64,000 nucleotides of DNA from Octopus vulgaris (lineage: Eukaryota): assembly GCA_951406725.2 (NCBI GenBank), contig OX597830.1, positions 31,806,001-31,870,000 of the forward strand, in the 5' to 3' direction. The notes under the pieces are model-generated. The model had not been told where the DNA came from. It made no database searches and saw only the letters and a list, made by a program, of their open reading frames with translations. A program made the position numbers and the translations under genes. This document shows, piece by piece, positions 1-14,347 of this stretch; the first letter of the stretch is position 1; each line of letters opens with the position of its first letter.

Positions 1-153
1 CTCACAGAGTGGTTGGCGTTAGGAAGGGCATCCAGCCGTAGAAACATGGCCAGATCTGTCTGGGCCTGATGCGGCCTTCCGGCTTCACAGACCCCAGTTG
101 AACCGTCCAACCCATGCTAGCATGGAAAGCGGACGCTAAATGATGATGATGAT
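1..153 (+). mobile_element. 3' part of SINE family R (RTE-like tail ending in (GAT)n)
   Basis: Motifs ggttggcgttaggaagggcatccagc and ccatgctagcatggaaagcggacgctaaa(tga)n; the same block recurs at 24001-24290, 27634-27855, 34185-34330 and 46290-46463. Confidence 0.8.
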
Positions 154-155
154 AA

Positions 156-1500
156 AGCTTTTTTCTTCTGCTTTGATATAGTCTTGGCAACTCATCAAAC
201 CTCTGCCACCCTTTCTTCTGGACAAGTACAGCCTATCAGTGTCTCTTTTAAGGTGGAAGACTCCTTGTACTTTGAGCATTTTGTCTGGTTTTAGTTTTCA
301 TTTTAATCACTTCTCTCCTTTGCCATCTTATAATTTCCATTCTATACCATCGCTCATGTATTAACTGCTTGCATTTTATTCCATCCATTCAATTTTGAAT
401 GCAACACCAGCCTTAGTCTTGAGAAATACTCCACCCTCAGTTGCTCTTTCATTTCCTTTTTCCATTATCTCGTCGAACTTTAGTACACTAAAGTATTTGT
501 AGCCTTCTGTTTCAATTTGTTTAATCAAGTCTCTACTTGGTAATTTTATCCCTGCTAGGGACTGTACCTTGCCTCTTTTTAGGTAGATTATCCTGCCCTT
601 CTTGAGTCCAAATTCTATTCCAATATCAGTACTAAAACAGTGGACTGTGCTCACCAAGGAAGTCACTCGTGTCTCAGTCTTTATTTCATAAAATTGGCCA
701 TGGCGGTATTACAAAGAGTAGGGTCACAGCAGGTCCTCATCTCATGGAGAGTACATGGCGTAAAATGTGTGCGGAACCTAGCAACACTATTTTCTGAAGT
801 TCTCCCACATTAACACTGCAAGGGAATTTTTTGAGCTGCTTATCAAGGCCCTTTTTAATTAGCCCTAATGCTCCAATCTCCACTGGTGCTGTGCTGCTTT
901 TCATTCCCCACAACTTGGTCACTTCTATTTCTAGGTCTTTGTACTTAAATAACTTCTCAACTTCTTTAATGTCTCATCCTTGCTACACAGTTTCAAATCA
1001 TCCATGGAGACAGTTGGTTGTTTGGGAATTTGCCTTTAGTTGGTACCCCAGGTTCATTTTCCTAAGTACCAAGGTCAGGGATATAATGCAGAGAACAAAA
1101 AGTAACGGGGATAAACTATCACTCTGGAAAATTCCTCTTATGATCCCCAGGGTGCCCAAGCTTTTCCCATCAGATGTCTCTTCAGGAAACACATTACATT
1201 CCTCGCAATTCCTCACAGATCTAAGCACTCAATGATCCACGAATGTGGAATCATATCATAAGTTTTGCGATAGTCAATCTAGGCCATTCCCAAATGTGTT
1301 CTCCTTCGTTTACAATCTTACATTACCATTCTATCTATCAATAATTGATCTTTGGTACCTCTGCATCTCCTTCTTTTTGTTCCATTGGTAATATATTGTT
1401 CTCATCAAGGAATTTGTACAGTTCTTCTGTAATTCCTCCTGGCAGTAATTTCCACATTAATGAGAGGCAAGAAACTGATCTGTTATTGTCAGCAGCATTC
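156..1500 (-). mobile_element. Decayed R4/Dong-clade non-LTR retrotransposon, RT region
   Basis: Minus-strand translations give RGIFQSDSLSPLLFVLC, MDDLKL, STDIGIEFG, EGYKYFSVL and DRLYLSRRKGGRGL, matching RT and thumb motifs of R4/Dong elements; stops and frameshifts present. Confidence 0.85.
677..969 (-). mobile_element. 5'-truncated R4/Dong 3' end nested in the RT above, with 7-bp TSD
   Basis: KYKDLEIEVTKLW..PVEIGALG..LQKIVLLGSAHILRHVL* C-terminus plus short 3' UTR; tgtctca duplicated at 670-676 and 970-976. Confidence 0.8.
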
Positions 1501-2224
1501 TTCAGACACAACACCGTTTATCCAGACACAACACTGTTCTTAGGACACAACAACATTTAACAAAGCTAAAACTGTCATATCAAAAACTGTCATATCAAAA
1601 AAAAAAACAAAAACAGAAATGAATATCATCTGAGATTGATGCATTTCCACTTAGTTACAAGTGTCTATAAGAAAATCCAATGAAATACTTTGAGCATCGA
1701 AGATACCTTAGCTTACAGTTAATGATCATAAAGATAACCTACATCCAAAACACAATTTGATTAAGCAATCCTGTTAAATCAGATATCTGGATAATTTACA
1801 AATACATACTAGGCAAAAATTTTTCTATAGTTTCAACAAGTGGTATCGTTACCTAAGTAACAATTAATTGGTTAAGTTTATTCTTAGAATTTGACATGAA
1901 ATACTGTTACCAAAACACTACTCATAGGAACCTTACATTTTGCAAAATGAGATACCAACATTAAGAATTCTGAAATTCATAAGATTACAAGCACATGAAA
2001 TAATAGAATATTTTAGCAACTTGATATGGATACTGATGTAACCAAAAAGATCTTTAGTTATCTTATTGGTTTATTCTAATGAAATTAAAAACTAAATTTC
2101 ACTCTATTAATGGTAAATTTTATAGCAATAACTATTTTGATGTTAGAAGCCCCAATTTGTGAAAATGCACTCATCTTCTTCAAAAATGCTGGAATGCATA
2201 TATATATGTATGCATGTGTGTGTG

Positions 2225-2449
2225 TATATGTTTCTGTGCCTGTGTTTGTCCTCCCAACATCGCTTGACAACTGATGCTGGTGTGTTTATGTCCCCGTAAC
2301 TTAGTGGTTCAGCAAAAGAGACCGATAGAATAAATACTAGGCTTACAAAGAATAAGTCCTGAGGTCGATTTGCTCGACTAAAGGTGGTGTTCCAGCATGG
2401 CCACAGTCAACTGACTGAAACAAATAAAAGAGTAAAAAGAGTAAAGAGT
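2225..2449 (+). mobile_element. SINE family A, 3' half
   Basis: cgcttgacaactgatgctggtgtgttta...ccagcatggccacagtcaa..gactgaaacaaataaaagag, shared with many copies in the window. Confidence 0.85.
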
Positions 2450-3282
2450 AACTGATTGATGTAGAAACAAACATACCACTGTTGTTTAGATTTTTATCTC
2501 TTAATGTAACCAGTTCTTCACACTTCACACGTCATAAACCTAGTTAAACTACATTCACAAACTATCTAACTACCCTAGATAAAATTTACTAAAAAATTTT
2601 CATTTCTTTAAGCAACAAATGATTAACAATTATCCAAATACACTCTCCTAGAAGAGAATTTAAAGAAAAAAATTGTATATGCAGAAGAAACTTCCAGAAC
2701 TGTCAGACATCAAAAAGAAAATAAACATTCATGGGTTCAATTCTCCGTTTAACCTTCTGCCATAGCTAATTGTTTTTTGTTTTTGTTACTTTGCTTCACA
2801 TGAACATCATTGTAGCATTAATCACTACTAAACTCTTGGGTTCCACCACATTTAATTTTGTTCAAGTCTTAGGTTCTTCTAATGTAGCATCCAGTCTAGA
2901 TTAGAACCTATCTAAGTTCAAATATTTCCAATTACACCAATCCTAATACCTATCTTCTTAATTCTAACCCTCTAGTTAAATACACTGTAACAATGTGATG
3001 CATATACTGGTAATTCCATTAAAACCTAAATTAACTTTACCACTAACCATTTCAAGTTCTGTTTCAACCAGGACACTAATTCCTTTTGAAACCTTTATCA
3101 AAAATAGTTTCATTTCATTTTACACTTTCACATGTGAGTTCAAGAATAAAAGCAAACTTCTCACTTAAAATCTTTTGCAGATAACCATAAACCATGCAAA
3201 CTTTGTACAACTGAAAGCTATGAAATCATTTTCCTCTAAACAGCAACCTTAAACAAAAACTCAAAAGAAGACGACTCATATA

Positions 3283-3690
3283 CTCTCTTTTACTTGTTTC
3301 AGTCATTTGACTGCGGCCATGTTGGAGCACTGCCTTTATTCGGGCAAATCGACCCCAGGATTTATTCTTTGTAAGCCTAGTACTTATTCTATTGGTCTCT
3401 TTTGCCGAACTGCTAAGTTACAGGGTACGTGACCATACCAGCATCGGTTGTCAAGCGATGTTGGGGGGACAAGCACAGACACACAAACATATACACACAC
3501 ATACATATATACATATCTATATATATATGACAGGCGTTTTTCAGTTTCTGTCTACCAAATCCACTCACAAGGCTTTGGTCGGCCCGAGGCTATAGTAGAA
3601 GACACTTGCCCAATGTGCCACACAGTGGGAATAAACCCAGAACCATGTAGTTGGTAAGCAAGCTACTTGCCACACAGCCACTCTTGCACC
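3283..3690 (-). mobile_element. SINE family A, full length (tRNA-like head, CORE-like ccttgggcaagt, internal TA/TG tract)
   Basis: Head ggtgcaagagtggctgtgtgg (A box-like) and gggtttattccc (B box-like), then ttgggcaagtgtcttc; resembles octopus OR-type CORE-SINEs from recall. Confidence 0.85.
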
Positions 3691-5067
3691 ATATTGTCAT
3701 CAAATGATTAAGACTTGCAATGATTTCCAATAAACTATATATCTTGCAAAAAAGCATATTATAATTACTCTTAGCAGTATCATGCTTTTAAATCACACTT
3801 TTTTATAAACCTTACTCTTTTAGCTTCACCAATATCAACACCACTTTAAACATACACATCAATGTATATACTTAAGTATTACTATTTTTTATTTCTGAAT
3901 CACACTCTACACTTATTAGTGATATTTTTACATTTATTACCCAATGTCTATTATTGTACCTACTACAATCACTCACACACTGCTTGTAGCATTCATGGAC
4001 TATTTCAACAGTGTGTAATACGTTTTTATTTGTAAAAATTTCATGTTTATGAGTGGATAGAATATATATGCTCACATGCTATATGTATGCATATCTTAAC
4101 CAAGGTAGCTATATCATTTAGTTATACCATTGTAAACTTGTTTCTGATATATAAGTAGTTCTACTTATGCATATTTAACAAATACGGACATGTTAGACCT
4201 ACTTATGTATGTCTATGTCAATATAAATATTCATATGTATTCACAGACTTTTAGGATGTGAATGTATATATTCATGTACCTACATAAACTTTTATATGCA
4301 TATCTGCTGAAATATATAACCATTTGCATGTTATATTACATATATGTAACATAAAATATTATATTAAATATTTTATAAGTTTCTATAGCTATTTGTATGT
4401 TTCAACATATATAAGAGAGTATAGGTGCATATGCTATCACACTTCTACTTTATATTTCCATTTCAATACTTTTAAACATACATACGTACATATACATATA
4501 CATATATATATATATATATTACGTCAGTACATATATATACTTATATACGTATGTGTGTGTATCCATATGTACATACACACACGATATATCAATTTAGCAT
4601 TCTGTGTTCATACATATACAAACGTATATGAAAGCATTTTCACAACCATTTGTATATCTGTTCTTATTTCTATTCGTTTTCATATGCATACATGTGTGCA
4701 TGTGCACACATGCAAGTGAGTGCACAAACGAAAGGAATTGGCTCTCGACATATTTACCAGGAGTTATATGAATATAAATAACTCTAATAAGTTTGACTCA
4801 GCTCCATATGACTTAAAGTTCTGTGGCATGTAGGACGCATAAACTTCATAAAATATCAGGAGAAAGTTAAGAGACTTGAAATAAATTCAAGATGTCTTCT
4901 AGATCTTAAGCTTCTCTTGGTCATCTCAGGTCACGTGGTGTTAATACTGTGGGAGCGACATCAGCTCTTTTCTTGATTCTTAGGACCAAGTTCTTGAAAA
5001 GGATGTTTAACAGGAAGCTCTCGCCCCTTTGGCAGTGGACTGCAGTACAAAACACTCAGCGATTCCT

Positions 5068-5273
5068 AAGGCGGCGAGCTGGCAGAAACGGTAGCACGCC
5101 GGGCGAAATGCGTAGCCGTATTTCGTCTGCCGTTACGTTCTGGGTTCAAATTCCGCCGAGGTTGACTTTGCCTTTCATCCTTTCGGGGTCGATAAATTAA
5201 GTACCAGTTACGCACTGGGGCCGGTGGAATCGACTTTATCGCTTTGTCTGTCCTTGTTTGTCCCCTCTGTGTT
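5068..5273 (+). mobile_element. SINE family B (tRNA head plus Meta-domain-like segment), CpG-rich copy
   Basis: aaggcggcgagctggcagaa head, gggttcaaattcc B box, then gttgactttgcctttcatcctttcggggtcgataaattaagtaccag. Confidence 0.8.
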
Positions 5274-5669
5274 TAGAAATATATTCATTATATTGGGTAC
5301 TGAATGGTAAAGAAATATATTCATTATATTGGGTACTGCATGCACATGATAAGGTGAGGTGTTGATGTGAATCAATAGTTCAGTTGCTGTTCAGAGCACT
5401 TGCATTTTAGCGGCTGCAGTCTTTACGATGTCGTAACCAAATTTGCTTTTTGCTTAAATTTTTCAAACATGTTTATTTCTTTAAGATATATTTTCAAAAA
5501 ATTCGTTTTTGATTATGATGAGAAGTTAACATTCTGTAATATAAATTATTCAATATTCTTTACCCGTATTTTAATCCTACATATTTTAATCAATAATTGC
5601 CATCATTCACAAGTGGGAGTTACTTTGTAATATTTACAGATCTATACAATAGCTAGTAGGAAGAATCGT

Positions 5670-6095
5670 CATCAGGCCTGACAAAATGCTAAGTAACACT
5701 TTGTCAGTCTTTATTTTCTGAGTTCAAATTCCATCGAGTTGGACTTTGCCTGTCATCCTTTCATGGTCAATAAGATAAGTAACAAGTTAAATACTAAGGT
5801 CGATGTAATCAACTTACCCCTCCATCGAAATTGCTGGCCTTGTGCTAAAATTGGAAGTCAATATTTAAGAATGTTTAAGGCAGTGCGGTGGCAGAATCGT
5901 TAGCACACCAGGAAAAATGCTTAGCGGCATTTCGCCCGTCTTTACATTCTGAGTTCAAATGCCACTGAGGTCAACTTTGCCTTTCTTCGTTTCGAGGTCA
6001 ATAAAATAAGTACCAGTTGCGTACTGGGATAGATGCAATCGACTTACTCTCTCTCCAAAAATTGCTGACCTTGTACGAAAAATTTGGAACTAATA
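5670..6095 (+). mobile_element. Two tandem diverged SINE family B copies
   Basis: ctgagttcaaat...ctttgcct.tcatcctttc..ggtcaataa block appears twice (about 5718-5790 and 5949-6020). Confidence 0.75.
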
Positions 6096-6099
6096 TTTA

Positions 6100-6375
6100 C
6101 AACGTTTTCACTGGTTCTTTTAGGCATCATATGAAATTGTGGGTCGATATAGGAAACCCTCTCCAATTCCACCCTTTGACACAGCGGAACCTCGAGGATG
6201 TGACAGGTCAACGCAGAAATGGATTGCACCAGCGCTTGGCAAGTATTCTTCTAAAGCCATATGACATGAAGCTCCTTGTTCAAGGACACAAGTCGTCTGG
6301 TCCAGGAAAAGAACCCGTGAAGTCATGATTCCTTATTCTGAATCCAGTGGTTTAACCACTTTGCCACGTACCTTC
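6100..6375 (-). mobile_element. Diverged tRNA-head SINE with family C-like head
   Basis: Reverse complement starts gaaggtacgtggcaaagtggttaaa and contains ttgtgtccttgaacaagg. Confidence 0.55.
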
Positions 6376-6676
6376 TGTTACTTACACATGCATAATTAAT
6401 TACTCTTAATCAGTATTACTCTGACAACATTCTATTTTCCCTCACAATAGTTTTCATCTAGAAATTTCTAGAAACGGTAGGGTCCACAGTTATCTCCATT
6501 CGTCCATAGGCAGCTGCTAGTAATTTAAATAACCTGCGTTAGATTGTTACATCTTTTATCTAATAACAGTTTTTGTCTCACTCCTGCCTTCCTTTTGTAC
6601 CACTATCTACTTTGTTCTTCCTTTCGTTTTCTTTCTTCTCACTTTTCTTGTTCTTTCTCTTCTCCTCTTCCTTTTT

Positions 6677-6825
6677 CTTCTTCTTCTTCTTCTTCTTCTT
6701 CTTCTTCTTCTTCTTCTTCTTCTTCTTCTTCTTCTTCGTCGTCGTCGTCGTCGTCTTCTTCTTCGTCGTCGTCTTCTTCTTCCCCCTCCTCCTCTTCCTC
6801 TTCTTCTTCTTCTTCTTCTTCTTCA
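6677..6825. repeat. Compound (TTC)n/(GTC)n microsatellite
   Basis: Direct reading. Confidence 0.95.
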
Positions 6826-8606
6826 TCGCTCTCTTTCTTCCTTTACTTCATTTTTTTTATCCATCCTCGTATTTAGTCCTCCAGTTCTGACGAAATCATA
6901 GCACCAACACAGTGAGATAATACTATCAAAACATTTTCCTTATAAAAAAAAATCTTTACAGAGATCGTTAATAACAGAAAATAATCTTAATTTATTATAT
7001 AAAACCAATTTATAGAAAGAAGCAATTACGATAATAGTAAAAATATTTCGCAAATATAATTGAAACATATTAGTTAGTAATGAGGTTGTGTTTCCACGTA
7101 TTTTTAATTACAAAATAATTTTACGGGTGAAATGGATTCAGTGCATCAGATAGAGCAAATTTGTTGTGTATATTAATCCAAAGTATATTTAAGAAGCCTA
7201 ACTCATAATTTTATACCCAACGAAAATTTTGAGATGAATGCGGTAAGTAGTGAGAACACCGCAGAACCACATAATACTTAATAGTTTGTTACCATATATA
7301 ACTTGACAAAGCTGTGACATTTCTCTTCGTTGCGTATTTAAAGGAAGATTTATGACTTGCATAACGATTCTTAAATCTCCCTTGCTCATACCTATGTGCA
7401 AGTTGTTGAATTTCAGACCTTGATGGAGTGAATGCACATCAGCTTTATATATTATCGCTTCGAAATTTGAGGACACAACTTTATACTTTCACATTTACAT
7501 AATTTACTTACCTTGATATTTGTTTCTATCAGATTTTGCATATGATGTTGCAGTGTTTGGGTTGCAATATGTAGAATCATTTATGTGGATATTGTGTACA
7601 TGGTTGCTAAATACATTCTGTGGTATAGCATGATTAACATTTGAAATAACACTGCAGGGGCTGGAAAATCAATTGAAACTTATATAGAATTTTATAATAT
7701 TAAATATCTTTTGAATTTAGTGCAGTAAGAGAAATCTTTGAAAGCAAATATATATTTTTTGATTATATGTGAGTTCACGTCAAGTTTGAATGGTGGGTTG
7801 AACCAGATATGATTTCGTTAAGGCTGTATTTGTTTCTATATATTTCCCTCATTCATAGGATGCACTTACTGGTGTATGAAGCTATTTTTTCTTTGAAATA
7901 ATTTTTGTCCAAGGCTGTATTATACAAACTAGCAAAAAAAAAAAAAAACATATAGGCTTTCATTCGGATAATACTGCGTTGTGATTCGAAAGAGTTACGA
8001 TGCAAGAAACTGTCATTTTTCGAAATACTTATTTATTGCTGTTAATAATAAACTTCCTAATCCCCATTTTCTTTTCTTCTTTTAAATGAATATAAACTAT
8101 GTTTTTATATATACCTATTATTTTAAGGAAATTCATTCCCCCAAAATACTAGGTATTGAAACGGTATTTCCTTGGGTCAAACCATCTTTTCCTGGGATTT
8201 ATTACACATCCTCTAATTAAAAAAAAAATATATATAAGGTTGTTTTACACGAAATGTCGCATTTTTAATGACTTGTTATTTCAGTCATTTAAAAACTCAA
8301 TTATGTAAACCTTGCATTTAATCTTGACCCTTTTTCTTTCCCAACAATTTTGGTATACAAAATTCGTATCCACAGACCTTATGAAAATGATAACAATGAA
8401 ACTATGTTGAGTGATTTTCTTGTATGAGTACAAACTGGGTCACACAGCCACAGAAGCTCCTCAGAATATTAAGCGGGCCTGAGGCAATGGTTTGGTTGAC
8501 ATCAGAACTGTTTAGAGATGGTTCCAAAGCTCTCGTTCAGGAGATGATAGCCTTGAAAATAAACCAAGGGGTAGGCCAAAATCAGTTATTTGGCATGATG
8601 GATTAA

Positions 8607-9005
8607 CCCCTTACCCGGCAGAAACGAATATATGCGTTTTGACCGAAATCGTTTTTTTCTATCTCTGGCGAGTTAACTCGTCAAAAGATAGACTCGCCTA
8701 AATCGACAGCAAACGAGTTCCTTTGTCTATTATAAACTCTTTTTTGACATATACGAGTATATTCGCTCACTTTATACGTCTGGCAGTGACGATTTCTGCC
8801 ACCTTTCGCTTGAACAAGGCATTGAAGACCGAGTATGATTTAGTCACCTGGAGACAGTCGAAGGGTTGGAAGGCACATTTTATGAATAATAAATAAGGTT
8901 TGAAATATACCTCGAAATCACCATTCAAAACATAGTAATATAAAACAAAAAAAAAATATGTCTGAAAAAATACATTTATTTTCAAAATAATTGTTGGGTA
9001 AGGGG
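8607..9005. mobile_element. piggyBac-like MITE inserted in the mariner ORF
   Basis: TTAA at 8603-8606 and 9006-9009; termini ccccttacccggca and tgttgggtaagggg (12/14 inverted match). Confidence 0.85.
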
Positions 9006-9224
9006 TTAAATGCTTTGGTTGAACAAAATCTGAGGAAAATGGTTCGAAAATTTTCATCAGAACTCCAAACATCTCACACAACTATTTTTGGACACCTGTA
9101 AAAAATTGGAAAAGTCAAGAAAACAGATAGGTTTGTTCCACATCAATTGAACGAGATTAAAAAAAACAAAACAGATGCCTCGAAGTGTGTTCCTTATTGA
9201 TTTCTCGACTGGAAAAGGACATTT

Positions 9225-9821
9225 TTGCATCAAATTATTACTTGTGATGAGAAATGCATACTCTTTGACAACCGCAGGAGAACAGGACAGTGTTTAGACG
9301 CTGGTGAGTCAACCAAACTCTACCCAAACCGACCATTGCACCCTAAACAGCTAGTGGTCACTGTATGGTGGTCTGCAAAGGGAGTTATTCATTATTCATT
9401 TTTACAACAAGGGAAAATCGTAACAGCAACATCGTATTGCCAGGAAATTGATTGTATGCATGAGAATTTGAAAAAGAAGCAACCCAGAATAGTGAATAGA
9501 GATGGCCCAATTTGGCTCCACGACAATGCACGTCCTCACACTCCTCAAGCTACGGTCCAAAAGTTGCAAAGCCTGAATTATGAGATTTTGCAACATCCTC
9601 CCTATCCCCCTGATACCTCTCCTACTGATTATCACTTATTTAAGCATTTTGAGCTTTTCATTAGCAATAAGACATTCGTAAATAGAAAAGAGATAAATGA
9701 AGGATTCGGACAGTTTACCACAGCAAAAGATGAATTGTTTTTTTTAAAGCTGGATGGAATATATGATATAGTGAAACATTGGGTAAACGTTATAAATGAA
9801 CATGGATCATACTTTGATTAA
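9225..9821 (+). pseudogene. Open catalytic-domain fragment of mariner transposase
   Basis: 198-aa ORF with all three DD34D motifs; upstream DNA-binding region disrupted by stops and an insertion. Confidence 0.9.
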
Positions 9822-9905
9822 ATAAATCAGTTCTCTAACATTTCGACATTTCTGAAACATTTTATTGTTACCTTTCAAATACGACATTTCATGTGAAGCA
9901 GCCTA

Positions 9906-9959
<54 letters not shown>

Positions 9960-9961
<2 letters not shown>

Positions 9962-10125
9962 TTAATCCAAACAAGAAAACAAAAACAAAAAAACAACAAC
10001 GCAAGGACGTGGAACAAATAAAGTATTATTAGACGCTCAGGAAAGAAGGGAAGGAGTGTTTGACGTTTCGAGCGGAGCTCTTCATCGGAAACATAGGAGA
10101 AGGAAAGATCCCGAGAAGGGATGAC

Positions 10126-10130
<5 letters not shown>
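9960..10130 (-). mobile_element. PLE-type terminal repeat family P1 in (TA)n
   Basis: Shared with 12260-12470, 28243-28366 and 58809-59006; carries a minimal HHR-like motif. Confidence 0.75.
10057..10093 (-). ncRNA. Minimal type I hammerhead-like motif (CCGAUGA core variant, GUC site)
   Basis: Reverse complement: tgttt ccgatga a gagc-tcc-gctc gaaa c gtc aaaca, with a 5-bp stem I, 4-bp stem II and palindromic acgt in place of stem III. Confidence 0.65.
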
Positions 10131-10219
<89 letters not shown>

Positions 10220-10249
10220 TTGAGTTGTGGGGTATCGCACGAGTGGGAT

Positions 10250-12206
10250 TATATAAGAAAAAAGGTTTGAAAATGCAATTAAAACGATGTTTATTTACTT
10301 AACCGGTTTCACTCTTTGGTAAAAGATTGTCAAAAGTTACATTTAAGGAAACATTGAATAATATGGGTTCAAAAAAAGTTTTTTACATAATTGTCACATT
10401 GAATATTATGCATTCAAAAAGTTTTTTACATAATTGTCACATTGGATATTATGGGTTCAAAAAAAGTTTTTTACATAATTGTCACATTGAATATTATGCA
10501 TTCAAAAAAGTTTTTTACATAATTGTCACATTGGATATTATGAATTCAAAAATGTTTTTTTATACATAATTGTCACATTATTTGGGAAAATTTGGCAGAA
10601 AAGGATAAAACAAATATATTATTGGGAATTGGTTGCGTTAATTATTGGTTGTCGCAAATTGTCACATTACATGTATATATATACAATCTTTGGTTGTATA
10701 TATATGTGTATATATATGTGTGTGTGTGTATGTGTGTGTGTGTATATTTATTTGCATGTTTATGTGTGTATAAACATGTACATTATTTGCATGCGCATTG
10801 TATATATGTATATTGTATGTATGTGTATTGTATATGTACGTGTACAATTAAGTGTATATATTTGTGTGTATGTGTGCACTGTATATATGTATATTGTAGG
10901 TGTGCTATATGTGCATGAATACATGTATATGCATTGCGTGTATATATATGTATGCATTGTGTGTGCATGTATGTTATGTGTGTGTGTGTGTATATATATA
11001 TTATATGTATGCGTACGTGTATGTGTATGCATTGTATGTATGTGTGTTGTGTGTATATGTGGTACATCTATGTATGTGTATGTAAACACTATTTATATGT
11101 ATATGTGTATATATGTATATGCATTGTCTATATATATATATATTGTATGTATGTATTGCGTATGTATATTGCATGCATATATTGTGTATGTATATTACTT
11201 ACATGCTGTATGTGTGTATTGTATGTGTGTATATATATATGCTAGGTGTATTTGTGTGATATTTATATTATGTATGTATGTGTGCGTGTGTTGTGTGTGT
11301 GTGTGTGTATGTGTGTTATATATCTGTGTATATTATATATAGATACATGTTATATTTGTGTGCTGTGTATATATGTGATATATGTGGGTGCGTTGTGTGT
11401 GGGTGTGTGTGTTCTGTGTGTGTGTGTGTTGTCTGTATGTGGTTTGTGTTTGTATACTATGTGTGTGTGTGTGTGTGTTGTTGTGTGTGTGTGTGTTTGT
11501 GTGTATATATATGTGTGTGACAAACAGACGCTGTCTGACCAGCAGGCACGGACACATCTATTCACACCCGCATACTAACCTCCTGATAACCCCAAAATCA
11601 TTCATGCATAAAGGGGAAGTATACACCACATTGGCTACTTCTGTTCTCTCAGTTCAGCCTTTCTGCTAATACTAACAGGTCAGTAAAAACATACTTAAAA
11701 TATTCTGAGATGGACAAAAAATCCATTTTAATTTTTGCTGTCAAAACGCTGTATATATATACCAAAGATTGTATATATATACATGTAATGTGACAATTTG
11801 CGACAACCAATAATTAACGCAACCAATTCCCAATAATATATTTGTTTTATCCTTTTCTGCCAAATTTTCCCAAATAATGTGACAATTATGTATAAAAAAA
11901 CATTTTTGAATTCATAATATCCAATGTGACAATTATGTAAAAAACTTTTTTGAATGCATAATATTCAATGTGACAATTATGTAAAAAACTTTTTTTGAAC
12001 CCATAATATCCAATGTGACAATTATGTAAAAAACTTTTTTGAATGCATAATATTCAATGTGACAATTATGTAAAAAACTTTTTTTGAACCCATATTATTC
12101 AATGTTTCCTTAAATGTAACTTTTGACAATCTTTTACCAAAGAGTGAAACCGGTTAAGTAAATAAACATCGTTTTAATTGCATTTTCAAACCTTTTTTCT
12201 TATATA
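10250..12206. repeat. Long inverted repeat: ~445-bp near-identical arms (10250-10694 and 11761-12206), ~1.07-kb spacer
   Basis: The arms read as reverse complements; each contains five ~44-bp tandem units (cattgratattatg..ttcaaaaaagttttttacataattgtca). Confidence 0.92.
12119..12159 (+). ncRNA. Atypical hammerhead-like motif (UUGACAA core); mirrored on the minus strand in the left arm
   Basis: actt ttgacaa tcttt-tacc-aaaga gt gaaa ccg gtt aagt, followed by aataaa; two extra nucleotides before GAAA. Confidence 0.4.
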
Positions 12207-12259
12207 TATATATATATATATATACATATATATATGTATATGTGTATATATATATATAT

Positions 12260-12466
12260 AAAGTTAATCCAAACAAGAAAACACAGAAAAAAAACACAGC
12301 AACGCGAGGACGTGGAACAATTAAAGTATTATTTGACGCTCAGGAAAGAAGGGAAGGAGAGTTTAACGTTTCGAGCAGAGCTCTTCGTCGGAAACAAAGG
12401 AGAAGGAAAGATCCCGAGAAGGGAAGACAGAGGAAAAATTTTTTTTGCTGGTGGTGCTCAAGAGAT

Positions 12467-12470
<4 letters not shown>
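12260..12470 (-). mobile_element. PLE-type family P1 copy with HHR-like motif at 12361-12395
   Basis: Reverse complement: gttt ccgacga a gagc-tct-gctc gaaa c gtt aaac. Confidence 0.75.
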
Positions 12471-12557
<87 letters not shown>

Positions 12558-12831
12558 ATATGTATGTATGTATATGTGCATATATATATAAGATGCTGAA
12601 CTCTCACAAGTCCGCTACTCAGAGTTTCCATCGTTTCCGTTTTTCAGGAAACTCATTTTATGTAGCTATTTATTAATTGCAATATATTTCCCAGCTATCT
12701 CCTGCCACCTTCTTCATCGCTTTTATTGTGTCTTTGCTTTGCCCCTACTACACAACGTACGTAATTGACATTACACAACAAACTCGCCATCATTACAACG
12801 CACACAGAAACAACATACACACATAAAGGGC

Positions 12832-12887
<56 letters not shown>

Positions 12888-12999
12888 GACAGACAGACGG
12901 AACAACATTCGAATACATACAGAGACTCACAAACACAGACACAAACGAATTGCATTATCGTTAAAGAAGACCAAGACAGCAACAACCAAAGAAAAAGGT

Positions 13000-14347
<1,348 letters not shown>

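Larger units (their letters stand above)
8235..9906 (+). mobile_element. Full-length but inactive mariner (DD34D) transposon
   Basis: 30-bp imperfect TIRs at 8235-8264 and 9877-9906 flanked by TA. N-terminal HTH FLYEYKLGHTATEA..RWF..GRP, linker FVPHQL, catalytic IITCDEK / LHDNARPH / HPPYPPDTSPTDYHLF. Stops in the N-terminal half. Confidence 0.92.

Noticed and set aside
9225-9821. Functional transposase or SETMAR-like host gene
   Set aside because: The N-terminal region has stops and a MITE insertion, the ORF start is a TTG inside the domain, and it lies between TIRs.
10592-11669. Long overlapping C/V/Y/I/M-rich ORFs (and all similar YIYI/HTHT ORFs across the window)
   Set aside because: They are translations of TA/TG dinucleotide tracts that lack stop codons; there is no domain or splice support.
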